A DNA stretch of 63,202 bases, the filler included, from Reclinomonas americana ATCC 50394 (Eukaryota): the NCBI GenBank assembly GCA_048213135.1. It is 6 parts of 3 records of this genome, joined end to end, with 100 filler letters (N's around TTAATTAATTAA, not from the genome) between each part and the next. Parts side by side here need not be neighbours in the genome. Positions count along the whole stretch, not along the records: positions 45,171 to 63,202 come from PS015238.1; 5 more parts are not named here. One strand, 5' to 3'. The notes beneath the pieces are model-generated. The model worked only from the letters and a program-made list of their open reading frames with translations, was not told the origin of the DNA and made no database searches. Positions within the stretch are counted from its first letter, which is position 1. Each line of letters starts with the position of its first letter. The translations under genes were made by a program, and so were the position numbers. Shown piece by piece: positions 60,701 through 63,202 of the stretch.

Positions 60701-62656
60701 TGTGTCGAAGCAAGCGACTCAGCAGCACCTCTTGTGCGCCGAACCACTCGCGCTCCCACACATACTCGGTGAAGACGTCGGACGATGTCAGCGGTACGGG
60801 ATCAGGTCGCTCGGAGAACTCGGCCACCATCAGATCGCCGTTGGGGATGGCCTCCAGCTCATTGTGGCACACGGCAGCCAGATACACACAGTTGGCGCTT
60901 GCCGCCTGCACAAATTTTCTGTGATCCAGCATGCTCTCTGCAAGCCGCGTACACAGTGAGGGGGTTTCGGCGACACGCAAAGAGAGAACATTGATACACA
61001 ACCATACCAGGACTGATTGTCTCCTGTTGCGCCAGCAGACGCTGCGATTGCAAAAAAAAAGGCGAGTGAGTGGTGAGTGGTGCCTTCAACGCAATGTTGC
61101 TCGTGACTTGCCTCTTGCACTTTGCGAAGCTTGAGCCAGCGGAAGGAGAGCCACACAGTCCACGCAAGAGCATCGACAGCTGCAGCGTTGTTTGTCCTGG
61201 CGGTGGTGCCTGCTGCGGCTGTCGCTGTAGCAGTTGCTGCAACATTCGCCGAAGTTCGGGAGGATTCTGGCGGAGGAGGAGGAGGGGCAGCAGCAGCCGA
61301 AGTGTCACCGGCCATCGATCGCTGTGCAGACGGATAAGTGAGGAGACGCAGACGCGCGCGCGCGCATACACACACAAAGAGGAGCCCTCGCACCAGCTGC
61401 TGCAAGCGTGCGGTGAGCGAGGTATTCGCCTGTGCCGCCTGCTGCATGTCCTCCTGCAACTTGCCCGGCAGCGACAGGCGAGCCACGTTTCGCCGATGCT
61501 CCAACACCAAATCATTGACCATGGTGAGCAGGCGGTTGCGGTTCACCGGTAACACCTCTCGCCACCACGACGAGCGCTCCAGCAGCGGTTGCACCAAGTT
61601 CAGCACATCCTCCAAGATCTCGCACACCTCCTGCAACATCGGAAACATGAACGACTGTCGCAACATGCGCTCGTACCGCGGCGCTGGGATGATGCTGCAC
61701 ACATAAATGAAGGTGAGCAGACGCCCAGTGCGCGTGACAAGTGGGGCCACTAGTCGTGCACCGTTGTTTCATGAACAGTCGCCGTCGACTGTCGAGAACC
61801 GGGACCTGCATCTCGACCAGTCGCTCAGCGGCCGACTCCTCTCGCTCCGCTTCCGTTGCCGCCCGCCGGTCACTGTCGTCGCTCTCTGCCGGACCCGAGT
61901 CGCTCCCTTCCGCAGCAGTAGAGGAGGACGAAGACGAAGATGAGGAGGAGGATGGAGAGACAATCCCCAGCTCTCTCCCGATGCGCTCCTGCTTGTGCGC
62001 CAGCTTGCGCATCAGCTCCAACACGGCACGCACCACTGGCCATTTGGGGGGCCGCTTCGCACGCGGAGCCTCCTGCTCATCCAGCGCAGTGATCCGCCTC
62101 CGCGATCGCAACGCGTGCATGTACACATCCGAGTAGTTCACACTCAAGTAGATGCCATACAACGACCATTGCTCCGGCCGCATGCCAAAGTATCCCTATA
62201 CATTCCCAACGCATGAGTTCTACAGACACACAGATACACACTTGGGGGAAGAGAGAGAGAGACCTGTACAATGCTCAGCGCCAACTCCGCCACGGTTGTC
62301 CGTGCGTCAATGCTGTTCCGCGCAACTCAGCACTCACCGAGGCAATCACAGAGAGAGAGAGAAAGAAGACGCAACGTGATCGCATGATCGCTGCCATCCG
62401 GAAGCCTTACATAGACCTCTTGCCCGGATTTCGTGTGCGCTGCGAGGTGGTTCATCAGCGACAGATATCCGTGTGTCCTGCGCGCAACAATGTGTGACGG
62501 ACTGCTAAAGGAGGCAGACGCAGGCAAGTCTTGCTTCTAACTCTCTCTCTCTCTCACACACACACATGCGCTGTGCGTTTCTTCACTGCGCACGAGATCG
62601 AGAGCAATTATAGAAGGGGAATTCAAAGATGACTTTTTTGAATTCGAAGAAGACAT
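57701..62656 (-). CDS. Large multi-exon protein with a FERM-like C-terminal signature (may be more than one gene)
   Basis: Continuous exon chain. Includes AALVCQHLLVYG (FERM-M-like), IILEFQQCDAYGSHFFFA (FERM 'YG..FF' junction), a beta-rich PH-like final exon, and an N-terminal IDARTTVAEL ubiquitin/RA-like segment. Confidence 0.4.
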
Positions 62657-62960
62657 GTTCGTTTTGTGCCGTACGCGTGGTCATTGAGTTTGCACTATTG
62701 GTAATTGAAATGTGGTGAATGTGTTCTGCTTTGCTTGCAATGCACTACAATCAATTCAAATGACGTCGCGCGTCCTGTCGCGGAAATTGCAACTCACGAA
62801 TGCTCACCGCTGGTACATCCCTTCAAAAAAAAAAAGCGCATAGTAGAGCACATTACACACACAGAGAAGTAAAGCGTGCGCCTTGCTTTTCGATCCCGCC
62901 ACTCGACTTCGAGCTGGACAATGGACTGCCCGGTGACGTGGCAAACACCGAACCGTTTTC

Positions 62961-63108
62961 ATGTCTCGTCCAGCGCGCAACATCAACTGGCAACGCATTC
63001 GCGAGGCTTTGCCTTGTGGGAACAGTGAGGCAGAGAAACGCGAGCGCGCGCGTCTTTTCCAGTTGTTTGATCCCAATGGGAATGGATTGTTGTCACTGGC
63101 CGAAGTTG
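62961..63108 (+). CDS. First exon of a flagellar calcium-binding protein (calflagin/FCaBP-like EF-hand protein); continues beyond the window
   Basis: MSRPARNINWQRIREALPCGNSEAEKRERARLFQLFDPNGNGLLSLAEV followed by a GTGAGT donor. It matches the FCaBP pattern W..IR..LP......K..R..LF..FD.N.NG.LSLAEV. Confidence 0.8.
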
Positions 63109-63202
63109 GTGAGTGTGGGAGAGAGAGGAAGAGGGAGAGCGAGAGAGAGAGAGAGAGAGAGGCGAGGGAGGAGGGAGGAGAGGAGGAGGAGGAGAGGAAG
63201 GG

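Noticed and set aside
1-63202. Alternative genetic code, selenocysteine readthrough, tRNA/rRNA/snRNA genes, transposons or viral inserts
   Set aside because: Conserved genes translate with the standard code once introns are removed. I recognised no RNA-gene, transposase, reverse transcriptase or terminal-repeat signatures.

Overview
Gene-dense, intron-rich eukaryotic (most likely flagellated protist) draft genomic sequence. It is GC-rich, with many short (~60-90 nt) GT-AG introns, CA/GA/GAA microsatellites in introns, N-gaps, and five artificial TTAATTAATTAA contig linkers. I spliced exons by hand and can support about 25 genes. Readily recognised: pectin acetylesterase/Notum-like hydrolase, neugrin/RRG9, Sua5, a SET2/ASH1-type methyltransferase, COQ8/ABC1 kinase, eIF2B-beta, a cyclophilin, histone H2A and a calflagin-like protein. 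Less certain: a MAP65/ASE1-like coiled-coil protein, an EF-hand-like protein, a degenerate Ras-like GTPase, a SMAP-domain protein, an MFS-like transporter, a split O-fucosyltransferase-like gene, an F-box/LRR/ARM protein, a large IPT/TIG-like type I membrane protein, a SAP/HeH protein and a FERM-like protein. Main oddities: (1) a two-EF-hand gene appears to splice directly into the histone H2A exon, a candidate Ca2+-binding H2A variant, although the junction crosses a 20-N gap; (2) a recurrent shifted-register 5' splice site, GTTGCGT; (3) three adjacent intron-bearing genes from prokaryote/phage-type families (bacterial-type alpha-2-macroglobulin, SLOG, DUF4349), next to a 2H phosphoesterase with an RRM inserted inside its fold; (4) very tight gene packing, including an ATGA stop/start overlap. 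All family calls come from remembered motifs, not database searches, and gene ends near gaps are approximate.
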